A stretch of 64,000 nt of DNA from Methanolinea sp. UBA277 (GTDB lineage: Archaea > Halobacteriota > Methanomicrobia > Methanomicrobiales > Methanospirillaceae), in the NCBI GenBank assembly GCA_002499905.1, contig DANP01000020.1, forward strand, positions 186,054-250,053, in the 5' to 3' direction. This document shows, piece by piece, positions 10,593 to 21,013 of the stretch (positions are counted from its first letter, which is position 1; each line of letters opens with the position of its first letter). Under the pieces are notes generated by a model. It made no database searches and was not told where the DNA came from. It saw only the letters and a list, made by a program, of their open reading frames with translations. Made by a program: the position numbers and the translations under genes.

Positions 10593-10772
10593 ATGGAGAA
10601 AGCGACAAAGAAACAGCTCAGTTTAATCTGTTTCCTGGCAGGGTTCGTCCTCGTGCTGCTGCAGGACCTCAAGGGATTTGCCACCATCGACCCGGGCTTT
10701 TCCTGGCCCTGGGCGCTCATGTTCTATATCGGGCTCCTGCTCATCGTGATCGGCTACTTCCTGAGAGGGTGA
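10593..10772 (+). CDS. small two-TM membrane protein (59 aa), unknown function
   Basis: It falls below the ORF-track size cutoff. The ATG at 10593 is preceded by GGAGAG (10581-10586). The translation 'MEKATKKQLSLICFLAGFVLVLLQDLKGFATIDPGFSWPWALMFYIGLLLIVIGYFLRG' contains two hydrophobic helices. It lies directly downstream of the cbi operon. Confidence 0.45.
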   Translation: MEKATKKQLSLICFLAGFVLVLLQDLKGFATIDPGFSWPWALMFYIGLLLIVIGYFLRG

Positions 10773-10941
10773 CATCCATGGAAGGTATCCCCCGACAGGC
10801 ACCAGTTTTTTCCGGATCGCGGATAGCATGACCCCGGGCTTTTAATCCCGCCCGGTCAAACTCTGCCCCGCCCGGGATCAGACTTTTATCCGGCCTGCTG
10901 ACGTTGTTCCCAGGTTGTACCACGATCTTTACCTTTTTCAT

Positions 10942-11754
10942 TCAGGCAATTCTCACCCGGTTCCCCTCACGGGCGATGAATCCCTCATCCTCGAGCTGGC
11001 TGAGCACCGGGCCGACTGCCGATGCGGGAAGATCCAGGGTCATGCAGAGATCCTCAATCACCGTATCAGCGCCTCCGACCAGCAGCCTGATGATTTTCCC
11101 CCGGATCTGCCGGTTCGAACCCTCGAAAGGTGCCTGCCGCTGGTAGTGCCTGCTCCGCCGGTTGGGGTTCCCAATGGCTGACCCCAGGTGCCAGCCATAG
11201 TCCATCAGGGCATTGTACCACTCCCGCGGATTCTCACGGCCCAGGGTCTCTTCAATGAGAGGGAGGATCTCGCGATCTGCTACCCCTGTCCGGTCTTTAA
11301 AGAAGCAGTGGATGAAAACCCGCCGTATATTGGTCTCGATCATCACCACCGGTCTGTTGAAGGCGAAGGCGAGGATGGCAGCGGCAGTATACGGACCGAT
11401 GGCGGGCAGACTCCGGAGGCTCTTTTCATTGTCCGGAAGAACACCCCCGAACCGTTCCACGATCTCCACGGCTGCTTTTTTCAGGGCAAGCGCCCGACGG
11501 TTGTACCCGAGTCCCTGCCATTCGCTGAGCACCTCTTCGATTGTTGCCTGTGCAAGGGATCCGATATCAGGGAACCGGGCGGTAAACCAGGTGTATTTCT
11601 CTTTCACCCGGTCCACCTGCGTCTGCTGGAGCATGATCTCGGAGACCAGGATCCGGTATGGATCGGCGGTATCCCTCCAGGGGAGGTCCCGGCGGTGGGA
11701 GTGGTAGAACGAGAGGATACGGTTTTGGAACGATTCCGGGGTCGGTACAGTCAT
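10942..11754 (-). CDS. MutY-like HhH-GPD DNA glycosylase lacking the FeS-cluster loop and NUDIX domain, with a C-terminal wHTH-like domain
   Basis: The ATG at 11754 gives 'MTVPTPESF'. Present: the MutY-type catalytic Glu context 'VSEIMLQQTQV', the HhH 'LPAIGPYTAAAI', and the Asp context 'YNALMDYG'. There is no C-x6-C-x2-C-x5-C motif anywhere. The tail is 'IRGKIIRLLVGG..VLSQLEDEGFIAREGNRVRI'. Confidence 0.8.
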   Translation of the reverse strand: MTVPTPESFQNRILSFYHSHRRDLPWRDTADPYRILVSEIMLQQTQVDRVKEKYTWFTARFPDIGSLAQATIEEVLSEWQGLGYNRRALALKKAAVEIVERFGGVLPDNEKSLRSLPAIGPYTAAAILAFAFNRPVVMIETNIRRVFIHCFFKDRTGVADREILPLIEETLGRENPREWYNALMDYGWHLGSAIGNPNRRSRHYQRQAPFEGSNRQIRGKIIRLLVGGADTVIEDLCMTLDLPASAVGPVLSQLEDEGFIAREGNRVRIA

Positions 11755-12021
11755 CTCATATGATGCCGGTTTTGCCGGCTTCCCTCCTGACTTATGGTAT
11801 GTGGTTCCCGAAATAGCCTCCTTTCGGGTACCTCGGGGTGCACAGGAAAATGAACATGCATACCTGGTGGCGAGGCAGGCAGGGTTCATCCTTTCTGACG
11901 GGCAGGAATCAAAGAAGGCAGGACGTCGAATTCAGACAGATGGCGGGGAGAGCCCCCGCGGCTGATGTATCTGAACAGAGGTTTAAGATCATACAGGGTT
12001 CGGGAACGGGCGAGAGGAAAA

Positions 12022-13407
12022 TCACTCCTTCTCCCCTGATTTTTCCTTCAGTTCCTCGATCCGATCGACGTACCGGTCGGCATCGAACTTCCGCTTCAGC
12101 CCGTTGTCATTCATGTACCGGATCTTCCCGAATACCGGCCGCTCCTGCCAGGCACGGTCGTGCTTCCCGAAGCACCAGGCTACCCCGGCAAAGCCGTTCG
12201 GATCCCGGCCGTCGAGCTCGTATCGGTTGTTCAGGGCAAGGGCGATCCGGAATCCCTCCTCCGGAGATTCCGACCACTCGAGTATCTTCTTGCCCCAGTA
12301 CATCCGCATATACCCATGCATTTTTCCGGTATACCGCATCTCGTCCTGGGCGGCATTCCAGTAGGGATCATGGATTGCCGCCTCTTCGAACTCTTCAGGA
12401 GTGTATCTGTATTCCCGGATATCCCCGGCATGGTCCCCGAGGGTCTTTTTCGCCCAGTCAGGGAGACCGGCATAGGAATCGTACCAAGGATTATAGAAGA
12501 CGTAATTCATGGAGAGTTCACGACGCACGATCAGTTCTTCGAGGTATACCCCTGCGTCAGGGTGGCCGGTTGCGAGTACCCTGAGAGCGATATCCAGCGG
12601 TGATATCTGCCCGAAATGGAGGTAGGGGCTCATGCCCGAGAGGGTGTGAGCATTTGGATCGTTCCGCTCTGCCGCATAGCGGTCCAGCCGTTCCCTGATG
12701 AACCGATCCAGGATCTCATGAGCTGCCTGCTCTCCGCCCTGCCAGGGTAGCCGGCTGGAAATGCCTGGGCGCTTCTCCCCGACTCCCGACATTATCCGCT
12801 CAAGGAACGATTCTGCAGCAGGATCCGTATCATCGCCGGACTCAATGGAGAGGGATGATTTTCCCGGCTTTTTTTCCTGAAACGGGACTAAAAACCGGTC
12901 AAATTTTCCGGTGATCTTCTTCCTGAAGGTGGCTGCGGACCATTCCTCCTTTTCCGAGGCAACCTCGACCGGGACGACCACATTGGTCTCGACCTGGCAG
13001 AGCGGACACTCCAGCTGAGCGGCGACCTTTTCCCGCCACTCCCGCTGGATCCGGAGATAGCCACAATCGGTCACTGCCAGTGCAGCATCAGCGGCAAGCC
13101 CGGGGATACGGTCGGCCGGATCACCATACCTGATCACCAGCCGGACCCCATAATCACCGAGCGTCCCCCCCAGCTCCCGGAGACCTTCGGCAAGGAACCG
13201 GTAGTGGGAACCCTGTGCATCAGGAAAATCAGGGCTGATCACAAAGCAGGCCACCACAGGGAGCGAGAGTCGTTCCGCACGCTCCACGGCGTACTGCCAG
13301 GCATGGTTGCACTGCACCCGGGGTGAGGCCTGCATCCAGTACAGGACATACCTGCCCTTCCGCACAGGCTGCCTGTTGAGTCGCTGCAACCGTTCCTGCC
13401 CGACCAT
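12022..13407 (-). CDS. phr: class II CPD photolyase (deoxyribodipyrimidine photo-lyase)
   Basis: 461 aa. The stretch 'GKMHGYMRMYWGKKILEWSESPEE..NRYELDGRDPNGFAGVAWCFGKHDRAW..GKIRYM' matches class II photolyases, e.g. the Methanosarcina mazei enzyme as I recall it. Confidence 0.92.
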   Translation of the reverse strand: MVGQERLQRLNRQPVRKGRYVLYWMQASPRVQCNHAWQYAVERAERLSLPVVACFVISPDFPDAQGSHYRFLAEGLRELGGTLGDYGVRLVIRYGDPADRIPGLAADAALAVTDCGYLRIQREWREKVAAQLECPLCQVETNVVVPVEVASEKEEWSAATFRKKITGKFDRFLVPFQEKKPGKSSLSIESGDDTDPAAESFLERIMSGVGEKRPGISSRLPWQGGEQAAHEILDRFIRERLDRYAAERNDPNAHTLSGMSPYLHFGQISPLDIALRVLATGHPDAGVYLEELIVRRELSMNYVFYNPWYDSYAGLPDWAKKTLGDHAGDIREYRYTPEEFEEAAIHDPYWNAAQDEMRYTGKMHGYMRMYWGKKILEWSESPEEGFRIALALNNRYELDGRDPNGFAGVAWCFGKHDRAWQERPVFGKIRYMNDNGLKRKFDADRYVDRIEELKEKSGEKE

Positions 13408-13526
13408 GTATGAGAGGTGGTCCTTTTCCCTACAAGAGCATTGGTGAAAGACTCACGGTGCCGGGAGGGTTTATGCGGGACTGCAGTGCATGTCCGGATC
13501 TGAGGTGAAAAAAGGTGATAATCGGG

Positions 13527-13874
13527 TTACATCCCAAGGAGTCTGATCCAGCTGACAGGGAGCCCTGTTCTCTGGAATGTCCACCACAGGTTCCCGTCTG
13601 TTGATCCTACGGATCCCTGGGAGGTCCAGGTCATGCCAACAGGATTCCGGGCAATGTAGGAGGATATCCATTCTTCTTTTTCGGTTATTCCAGCAGTGAG
13701 CGTGGAACGATGAATGGATACGGTCTCGTTTACCGTCCCCTGCACGGACACGCTGGTGCCCGTGGAGAAGTAGCTTCCTGCAGTGGAGAGACTGGTTGCC
13801 GCAGCCGCCCCTGCAAGCAGGCAGAGTACAAGACACAGCATGATCAGGGTGGATAGTTTTTTTCCTGTGGTCAT
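13527..13874 (-). CDS. small secreted protein, unknown function
   Basis: 115 aa with N-terminal signal peptide 'MTTGKKLSTLIMLCLVLCLLAGAAAA'. I prefer it to the overlapping 153-aa ORF, whose translation is Cys/His/Arg-rich and does not look coding. Confidence 0.5.
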   Translation of the reverse strand: MTTGKKLSTLIMLCLVLCLLAGAAAATSLSTAGSYFSTGTSVSVQGTVNETVSIHRSTLTAGITEKEEWISSYIARNPVGMTWTSQGSVGSTDGNLWWTFQRTGLPVSWIRLLGM

Positions 13875-13969
13875 GGATTTCTCCTTTCCGGCGGGAACAG
13901 CGGATGTTCAGGTAGTAATGATCCCGGCACATTAAAAGTTTTCTGAACCTCCCGGTTCAAGAGAGCCGT

Positions 13970-15805
13970 TCAGGTCCGCTGGAAGAGCTCATCGAGCTTC
14001 TTTTTGGTAAAGAATACCATGGTCGGCCTCCCATGGGGACAGGTAAAGGGATTTTCCGCATTCCGGAGCTGCCGGATCAGCCGTTCGCACTGCTCACGGG
14101 TACAGGCCGCTCCGGCTTTCACCGCCCCCCGGCAGGCAACAATCCTCCTGAGCCGCTCTGCTGCATCAGCCTCCTTCGGGAATCCGGGGGCGATCAGTTC
14201 GGCGATGATCTCCCTCACCTCGCCAGGGTCGATGCTCCTGCCGAGAGTGACCGGAACAGTCCGGATTGCCCAGGTCTGCGGTCCGAACGGCTCAACCACG
14301 AATCCTTCCCGTTTCAGGATCGGGAGGGCGAGGGAGAACATATCAGCCTCCCGCGGGGAGAGCTGAATCATCACCGGCTCGATCAGTTCCTGGGCGCGAT
14401 CCCGGAATGCCGGCCAGGAACCGACCTGTTCATAGAGGATCCGTTCATGGGCGGCATGCTGATCGATCAGGAGGAGATCATCATCGGGAGTTTTGCAGAG
14501 GATATAGAGGTTCGAGAACTGCCCGATGATTTCGAGGTCCGGGATCAGGTCAGATCCAGGTTCTTCCTGACCGGTCTCTGTCAGCCTGAGCTGTCGCCCG
14601 GTCAGGAGCTGCCCGCGCAACAGGGGTTCCCTCACCCCGGTCGCACCGGGATCGGAAGGGAGATACCGGGTCGGGGGGAGGGCATCCCGGGGGGCCGGAC
14701 GTGCGGCAGCCTTTGTGGCATCTTTCTCGGGAATGAGGAGCCGGGACTGCAGGGCCTCCCTGATGAGTCCCGTGATTTGAGCGAGGATCGTCTCCTCGTG
14801 CGAGAGCCTGACCTCCCGTTTTGCGGGATGGACATTGACGTCGACCTCGGTCCCCGGTATCATGATATCGAGGAATGCCACCGGATAGCGGTCACCGGGG
14901 AGGAGTGTCCCGTATGCCTCCCTGACTGCGGAGACGAGCAGCCGGGATGAGACGGGACGGGAATTCACAGAGAGGAAAATCTGGTAGGGGTTCTTCCGGG
15001 AGAGATCGGGAACCGAGAGGTACCCCCGGACCCTGACCCGCTCTCCTTCAGCCGACACCTCCACGAGCTTCCCGGCAAGTTCGAGGCCGAAGAGGTGAAT
15101 GAGCGCGTCATACAGCCCTCCTCCCCCCGGAACGGACAGCTTCTCCCTTCCGTCAACCGTGAGCCTGAAGGCGATGTGGGGATGGGTGATCACCAGTCTC
15201 TCGACCATGCCGGTGATGCGTGCGATCTCTGTGGCACGGGACCGCTGGAACTTTCTCCTGGCCGGGGTGTTGTAGAAGATCTCCTCAACGGTAATACTCG
15301 TCCCTTCCGGGCATCCGGCCTCCTGCTCCCCGGATATCGTTCCGCCCTTGTTCACCAGCCGGGTGCCGGGGACAGCCACTCCTCCCTTCACCCGGGTGAC
15401 CAGGGTGACGCGGGAGACCGCGGCAATGCTGGCCAGGGCCTCCCCCCGGAACCCCAGGGTCGTGCAGGCCGGGAGATCATCAATCTCCCGGATCTTGCTC
15501 GTTGCATGGCGGGAGAAGGCAAGACGAGCCTCCTCCCGGTTCATACCGCAACCGTCATCAGTGACCGTTATTGCGGAGATCTGCCCCCGCCGGGAGGAGA
15601 TCCTGATATCGATGACCGATGCCCCGGCATCGAGAGCATTCTCACAGAGTTCCTTGACCACCGATGCCGGCCGCTCCACCACTTCGCCGGCGGCGATCCT
15701 GCTGATGGTGACCTCATCGAGCTTCCGGATCCTGCACCGGGGTTCATCCACCACGGTCCACCCCCTTCCGCCCGCCGGCTTTCCGGTGGAGTTCGTAGAG
15801 CACAT
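13970..15805 (-). CDS. mutL: DNA mismatch repair protein MutL
   Basis: GHKL ATPase motifs 'ENALDAG', 'DDGCGM' and 'GFRGEAL', plus a C-terminal dimerisation domain. The track ATG at 15805 overlaps mutS by 62 nt. The in-frame GTGs at 15754/15751 would give a short overlap and are plausible real starts. Confidence 0.93.
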   Translation of the reverse strand: MCSTNSTGKPAGGRGWTVVDEPRCRIRKLDEVTISRIAAGEVVERPASVVKELCENALDAGASVIDIRISSRRGQISAITVTDDGCGMNREEARLAFSRHATSKIREIDDLPACTTLGFRGEALASIAAVSRVTLVTRVKGGVAVPGTRLVNKGGTISGEQEAGCPEGTSITVEEIFYNTPARRKFQRSRATEIARITGMVERLVITHPHIAFRLTVDGREKLSVPGGGGLYDALIHLFGLELAGKLVEVSAEGERVRVRGYLSVPDLSRKNPYQIFLSVNSRPVSSRLLVSAVREAYGTLLPGDRYPVAFLDIMIPGTEVDVNVHPAKREVRLSHEETILAQITGLIREALQSRLLIPEKDATKAAARPAPRDALPPTRYLPSDPGATGVREPLLRGQLLTGRQLRLTETGQEEPGSDLIPDLEIIGQFSNLYILCKTPDDDLLLIDQHAAHERILYEQVGSWPAFRDRAQELIEPVMIQLSPREADMFSLALPILKREGFVVEPFGPQTWAIRTVPVTLGRSIDPGEVREIIAELIAPGFPKEADAAERLRRIVACRGAVKAGAACTREQCERLIRQLRNAENPFTCPHGRPTMVFFTKKKLDELFQRT

Positions 15806-18401
15806 CGAGGGCCTGCCGGGGCGTCATGCTGTCGGGGTCCAGATCCCGGAGATCGGTGATGACCGGATCCGGGAGTGCCTGCGGGGCATCGACCAGGAGC
15901 ATTTGGGTGTACCGCGTCACCCTTCCGCCCGGTCTCCCTTCCCCTCTCATCAGTTCATCGAGGAGGGCGGCAGCCCGATCGGTCACCAGGGGGGGAACTC
16001 CGGCAAGCGTGGCCACGTGAATGCCATAGCTCCGGTCGGTCGCCCCGGGGATGAGTGTGCGGAGGAAGACGATCTCGGAGCCGGTATCCCTGACCGCGAA
16101 GTGGTAGTTCCTGACCCTTTTGAGGTCGGATTCGGTGGTGACGATCTCATGGAAATGGGTTGCAAACAGTGTCCGGGGCCCGGCCTGCCTCTTTCCATGG
16201 AGAAACTCGAGCACCGACCGCGCTATGCAGTAGCCGTCGAGGGTACTCGTACCCCTCCCGATCTCATCGAGGACGACCAGGCTCTTTCCGGTCACGTTGT
16301 TCAGAATATTGGCAAGCTCGAGCATCTCCACCATGAAGGTGCTCTGGCCACTGGCCAGGTCGTCAAAGGCTCCCACCCGGGTGAAGACCCGGTCCACCAG
16401 CCCGATCCGGGCATGGGTTGCCGGCACAAAGGAGCCTGCCTGGGCCATGATGACGATCAGGGCGACAGCCCGCATGTAGGTGGATTTCCCGGCCATGTTG
16501 GCGCCGGTGATGATCAGGATCTGTTCACCGCTCCCCGAGAGGGTGGTATCATTGGGGACAAAGGAGACTGCTTTCGCCAGTTCCACCACCGGGTGCCTCC
16601 CCTCCCGGATCAGGATGTCGGTTGAGGTGTCCAGCACCGGGCGGGTGTAGCGGTAGCGGACCGCCGCTTCCGCAAGCGAAGAGAAGAGATCGAAGGCTGC
16701 CATGCCCCGGGAGATGGCCTGGAGCAGGGGAAGGCTCCCTGCCAGGCGGTTGAGCAGCTCAACGTACAGTTCCTGTTCAAGGGTGCACAGCCCCTCCTCG
16801 GCAGAGACGATAGCCGCCTCCTGCTCCCTGAGTTCCGGCAGGGTGAACCGTTCACCGGTTGAGGTCGTCTGTTTCCGCTCGTATTCGGTGGGGACAAGGT
16901 GCAGGTTCGGCCGGGTCACCTCGATATAGTATCCGAATACGGAGTTATAGGCAACCTTGAGCGACCGGATCCCGGTCCGTTCCCGCTCCTGCTGCTGCAG
17001 GGCAATGATCCACTCCTTTCCCCGCGATGACCGGGTCCGGAACGAATCAAGACGGGCATCGTAGCCGTCCCGGAATATCCTCCCGTTCCGGACAGAGACT
17101 GGCGGGTCTTCGGTGATCGCCCGCCAGATGAGGGAGACGACCGGATCAGGATCCCCGAGATCCCCGCACGCCGCGGCCAGGATCGGGGGGAGATTCTTCC
17201 CGGCAACGACATCGCGCAAAACCGGCACGGTTTCGAGGGATCGCGCAAGGGAGGTGAGGTCCCGCGGCGAGGCGTTCCGGCAGGCAATCCTGCCTGCGAT
17301 CCGTTCGATATCGGCGGTCCTGGAGAGAAGATCCCGGATCTTCACCCGGACCGGGGTGTCTCCGGCAAAGAACTCCACCGCATCAAGCCGATCATTCATC
17401 CGGACTGCCGAGAGGAGCGGGGCCGTGAGCCACTGGCGGAGGAGCCGGCTTCCCATCGGTGTTCCGGTCAGATCGAGGATGGAGAGGAGGGTCGGGTCAC
17501 CGGGCCTGCCCCTGATGCTCCGGGTGATCTCGAGGTTCCGCTGGGTGATGCTGTCGATCACGCAGTACTCGGATACCTGCCGGAAGGAGAGCCCCCGGAC
17601 ATGGGAGAGTTCCCTCCGTTGCGTCTCCTTTGCGTAGCGGAGCGCGATGGCGGCAGCCTTCACCGCTGCCGGGGACCCGGTGATACCATACCCTTCCAGC
17701 CCCTCAACACCGAACTGCTCTTTTAAAAGCCCTTCTGCCTCATCACGGCCGGGTGATGCTCCCGTTCCCGTGACCAAGACACCGCACTCCCGGACCGGGC
17801 CCTCCAGGTCCTGCTCCAGCTCCCGGGGAAGCAGGCATTCGGCCGGCTGGTAGCGCCGGATCTCAGAGACGAGGTCCCCGTTCCCGCCGTCCCGGCTACA
17901 GGTGGTCGCCAGGAACTCGCCGGTAGAGAGATCGAGGAACGCAAGTCCCAATCCGGGGGCACGATCTTCGGCGGCGACGGCCATCAGGTAACAGGCTGCC
18001 GGGGAGGTGAGCATCCCTTCATCGATGACCGTGCCGGGGGTGATGACCCGCACCACTTCACGCTTCACGATTCCTTTCGCACGTTTTGCGTCCTCCACCT
18101 GGTCGCAGACCGCTACCTTGTAGCCCTTTGCGATCAGCCGGGAAATGTAGCCCTCTGCAGCATGGCAGGGGACGCCTGCGAGGGGGATCTTCTTCCCCGA
18201 ACCGTCCTTTGAGCGGGAGGTGAGCGCGATATCGAGCTCCTGTGATACGGTTTCTGCATCCTCACCAAACGTCTCGTAGAAGTCGCCGATGTGGAAGAAG
18301 AGGATGGCGTCCCGGTGCTGCTCCTTGATCGACCAGTACTGGGCCATTACCGGCGTCGTTCTTGACGATGCCGGCCGGCCGCCGCGCTCAGGATCGGCCA
18401 T
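15744..18401 (-). CDS. mutS: DNA mismatch repair protein MutS
   Basis: Present: 'TPVMAQYW', the mismatch-binding 'GDFYE' (Phe-x-Glu), Walker A 'ITGANMAGKST' and 'LVVLDEIGRGTST'. I prefer the ATG at 18401 ('MADPERGG') to the track start at 18449. Confidence 0.95.
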   Translation of the reverse strand: MADPERGGRPASSRTTPVMAQYWSIKEQHRDAILFFHIGDFYETFGEDAETVSQELDIALTSRSKDGSGKKIPLAGVPCHAAEGYISRLIAKGYKVAVCDQVEDAKRAKGIVKREVVRVITPGTVIDEGMLTSPAACYLMAVAAEDRAPGLGLAFLDLSTGEFLATTCSRDGGNGDLVSEIRRYQPAECLLPRELEQDLEGPVRECGVLVTGTGASPGRDEAEGLLKEQFGVEGLEGYGITGSPAAVKAAAIALRYAKETQRRELSHVRGLSFRQVSEYCVIDSITQRNLEITRSIRGRPGDPTLLSILDLTGTPMGSRLLRQWLTAPLLSAVRMNDRLDAVEFFAGDTPVRVKIRDLLSRTADIERIAGRIACRNASPRDLTSLARSLETVPVLRDVVAGKNLPPILAAACGDLGDPDPVVSLIWRAITEDPPVSVRNGRIFRDGYDARLDSFRTRSSRGKEWIIALQQQERERTGIRSLKVAYNSVFGYYIEVTRPNLHLVPTEYERKQTTSTGERFTLPELREQEAAIVSAEEGLCTLEQELYVELLNRLAGSLPLLQAISRGMAAFDLFSSLAEAAVRYRYTRPVLDTSTDILIREGRHPVVELAKAVSFVPNDTTLSGSGEQILIITGANMAGKSTYMRAVALIVIMAQAGSFVPATHARIGLVDRVFTRVGAFDDLASGQSTFMVEMLELANILNNVTGKSLVVLDEIGRGTSTLDGYCIARSVLEFLHGKRQAGPRTLFATHFHEIVTTESDLKRVRNYHFAVRDTGSEIVFLRTLIPGATDRSYGIHVATLAGVPPLVTDRAAALLDELMRGEGRPGGRVTRYTQMLLVDAPQALPDPVITDLRDLDPDSMTPRQALDVLYELHRKAGGRKGVDRGG

Positions 18402-18496
18402 AGCACTATCAAGTCTTCCCGGGATGACAAATGTATACCGATCCAGCACTCCCCGTCCACAGAAGTTTGATACCCGGCCGGTTCAAATCCCCTTCT

Positions 18497-18766
18497 ATGG
18501 ACCTGCCAGAGCTCTGCTGCCTCTTCCTCCTGATCGCGCTCGTGGCCGGTTGCGGGGGCTGTGTCCGGGAGGCAGACCAGGAACGCGGTTCAGCCGGCGG
18601 GCTCTTCCCTGAACCACCCCCGACACCCCCGGCTGTTCCCGAACCCTGGGTACTTCCCACAGTTCCCGCCTTGTCACGGGACCAGAGCGGATTCTCAGGC
18701 AGATCCCAAACCTCTCATAGTATCACCCCCTTACGAGCTGTGATGGAGGATACAATCCATGGATGA
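18497..18766 (+). CDS. possible small lipoprotein (89 aa)
   Basis: The internal ATG of track ORF 18431-18766 gives '[22 protein letters not shown]', a lipobox-like LVAGC. A Pro-rich tail follows. Its end overlaps the next gene's start. Support is weak. Confidence 0.3.
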   Translation: MDLPELCCLFLLIALVAGCGGCVREADQERGSAGGLFPEPPPTPPAVPEPWVLPTVPALSRDQSGFSGRSQTSHSITPLRAVMEDTIHG

Positions 18767-20864
18767 GGGGGACCCGGGGGAGAGCGGGAAACGGAAGCCG
18801 AACCGGCTCATCAACGAGGTGAGCCCCTACCTTCTCCAGCATGCCTTCAACCCGGTCGACTGGTACGCCTGGAGCGATGAAGCCTTTGCCAGGGCTGAAC
18901 GGGAGGACCGGATGGTCTTCCTTTCCATCGGGTATGCCACCTGCCACTGGTGTCACGTGATGGAGCGGGAGTCCTTTGAAGACCCTGAGGTCGCCCGGGT
19001 GCTGAACGAGCACTTCGTTGCCATTAAGGTCGACCGCGAAGAGCGGCCCGATCTTGACCATCTCTATATGACAGCGAGCCAGATCCTGACCGGAGCGGGG
19101 GGGTGGCCCCTCAACCTGATCCTGACCCCGGAGAAGCGGCCGTTCTTTGCCATGACCTACATCCCCCGGGAGCGCCGGTTTGGTTCCCGGGGCATCATCG
19201 ACGTGCTCACCGGTCTCGCACAGATGTGGCGGGAGGACCGGGAGAAACTGCTGGCATCGGCACAGGTGGTCTCCCGATCGCTCGATGCCCGCCCGGAACG
19301 GGGGCGGAGTCCCCAGCGGAATATGCTCGATGCAGGGTTCCAGGACCTCCTGCTCCGCTACGACCGGGTCAGCGGCGGGTTTGGCCCGGCCCCAAAATTC
19401 CCCCTCCCTCACAACCTGCTCTTTCTTCTCCGGTATTACCGCCTGAAGGAGGAGAGAAAAGCTCTCGAAATGGTGGAAAAGACCCTCCGGTCCATGGCCC
19501 TGGGCGGAATCTGCGATCAGGTCGGACACGGGTTTCACCGCTACTCGACCGACGCGGGCTGGCTCGTGCCCCACTTTGAGAAGATGCTGTATGATCAGGC
19601 GCTGCTGGTGCTCGCCTTCACTGAAGCGTTCCAGGTGACGGGAGACCGGTTCTACGAACGGGTTGCCCGGGAGATCCTTGCCTACGTTGACCGGGAGATG
19701 ACCTCCCCGGAAGGAGCGTTCTTCTCGGCCCAGGACGCCGATACGGCAGGAGAGGAGGGAGGCTACTACCTCTGGACGAGAGCGGAACTGGAGGAACTGC
19801 TCGATCCTGACATCTTCAGGGTCGCGGCCGATGCGTGGCACGTGACCACGGCTGGAAACTTCCTCGACCCGGTGAGCGGGGAGCGGACCGGGAAGAACAT
19901 CCTCCACCTGGCCCGGACACCGGACCAGTTTGCGGCACGGCTGAAGATGACCGGGGAGGGGCTGGAGACAGCCCTGACCACTGCCCGGGATGCCCTCGCA
20001 GAGGCCCGCCGGGAGCGCGAACCACCGATGACCGATGACAAGATCCTTACCGACTGGAACGGGCTGATGATCGCCGCCTGTGCCCGCGCTTCCCGGGCCT
20101 TTTCCGAACCGTGTTATGCTGATCGTGCCGAGGCGGCATGCGGCTTTCTTCTCGACCGCCTGCGGGCCGGTGACGGCTCGCTCCTGCACCGGTACCGGGA
20201 CGGACAGGCAGGGATCATGGGACAGGCAACCGACTATGCATTCCTGATCTCCGGCCTTTCCGAGCTCTTCATGGCCCGCTCCCGTCCCGCACACCTCGCG
20301 GCCGCTCTCGATCTCTGGCAGATCTTCCATGATCGGTTCTGGGACACCCGACATGGCGGCTATTTCACCACTGCGGCCGGACAGGACGACCTGATTGCCC
20401 GCAGGATTGACCTGTACGATGGTGCCATTCCTTCGGCAAACTCGGTCGCTTTCACCGATCTCCTGACGCTCTCCCTGCTCACCGGTGATACCGTCTATGA
20501 GAAGCGGGCTTCCGAACTCGGAAAGCTGTACTCGGGCCCGCTCTCCCGGTCCCCTGCCGCCTATACGTTCTTCCTGACCGGCCTCTCGCTCGTATACGGA
20601 CCATCCGGAGAGATCGTTATCGTCGAAGGAGATGACGGTGCAGGGCAGGAGATGGCTAAGGCAGTCCACCAGCGCTATCTCCCGTTTACCGTGGTGATCC
20701 GGAAGACCGGTGAGAACCGGGAGGAACTCCCCCGGCTCGCCCCCTTTACTGAGGTCATGGACGCCCCGGGAGGGAAGAGCACCGCGTATGTCTGTATGCG
20801 GCATGCCTGTTCACGCCCGGTGACCACGGTTGATGAGATGCTCGCAGCGATTGAAAAGAAGTAA
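18759..20864 (+). CDS. thioredoxin-domain protein, DUF255/YyaL (SSP411-like) family
   Basis: 701 aa. N-terminus '[24 protein letters not shown]' and the thioredoxin-like site '[12 protein letters not shown]', followed by a long alpha-helical barrel-type region. Confidence 0.88.
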   Translation: MDEGDPGESGKRKPNRLINEVSPYLLQHAFNPVDWYAWSDEAFARAEREDRMVFLSIGYATCHWCHVMERESFEDPEVARVLNEHFVAIKVDREERPDLDHLYMTASQILTGAGGWPLNLILTPEKRPFFAMTYIPRERRFGSRGIIDVLTGLAQMWREDREKLLASAQVVSRSLDARPERGRSPQRNMLDAGFQDLLLRYDRVSGGFGPAPKFPLPHNLLFLLRYYRLKEERKALEMVEKTLRSMALGGICDQVGHGFHRYSTDAGWLVPHFEKMLYDQALLVLAFTEAFQVTGDRFYERVAREILAYVDREMTSPEGAFFSAQDADTAGEEGGYYLWTRAELEELLDPDIFRVAADAWHVTTAGNFLDPVSGERTGKNILHLARTPDQFAARLKMTGEGLETALTTARDALAEARREREPPMTDDKILTDWNGLMIAACARASRAFSEPCYADRAEAACGFLLDRLRAGDGSLLHRYRDGQAGIMGQATDYAFLISGLSELFMARSRPAHLAAALDLWQIFHDRFWDTRHGGYFTTAAGQDDLIARRIDLYDGAIPSANSVAFTDLLTLSLLTGDTVYEKRASELGKLYSGPLSRSPAAYTFFLTGLSLVYGPSGEIVIVEGDDGAGQEMAKAVHQRYLPFTVVIRKTGENREELPRLAPFTEVMDAPGGKSTAYVCMRHACSRPVTTVDEMLAAIEKK

Positions 20865-21013
20865 CCCTCCATCCCTTTATCCTGCTGGGGTTACGCGGCA
20901 TCTCCAGTGATCACCGGCGCACCGGAAGGGGTCCCCGGTGGAGAGGTATGGGGCGGGGCTCTCCGTGACTCCGGAACATTGTTCTTTCCAATCCCGGAAC
21001 CGGAAAAAAGTAT

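Noticed and set aside
18480-18490. GGTTCAAATCC, which looks like a tRNA T-loop, in the mutS upstream region.
   Set aside because: The flanking bases (GCCGG / CCCCT) cannot form a 5-bp T-stem. No acceptor, D or anticodon arms can be drawn in the preceding 70 nt.
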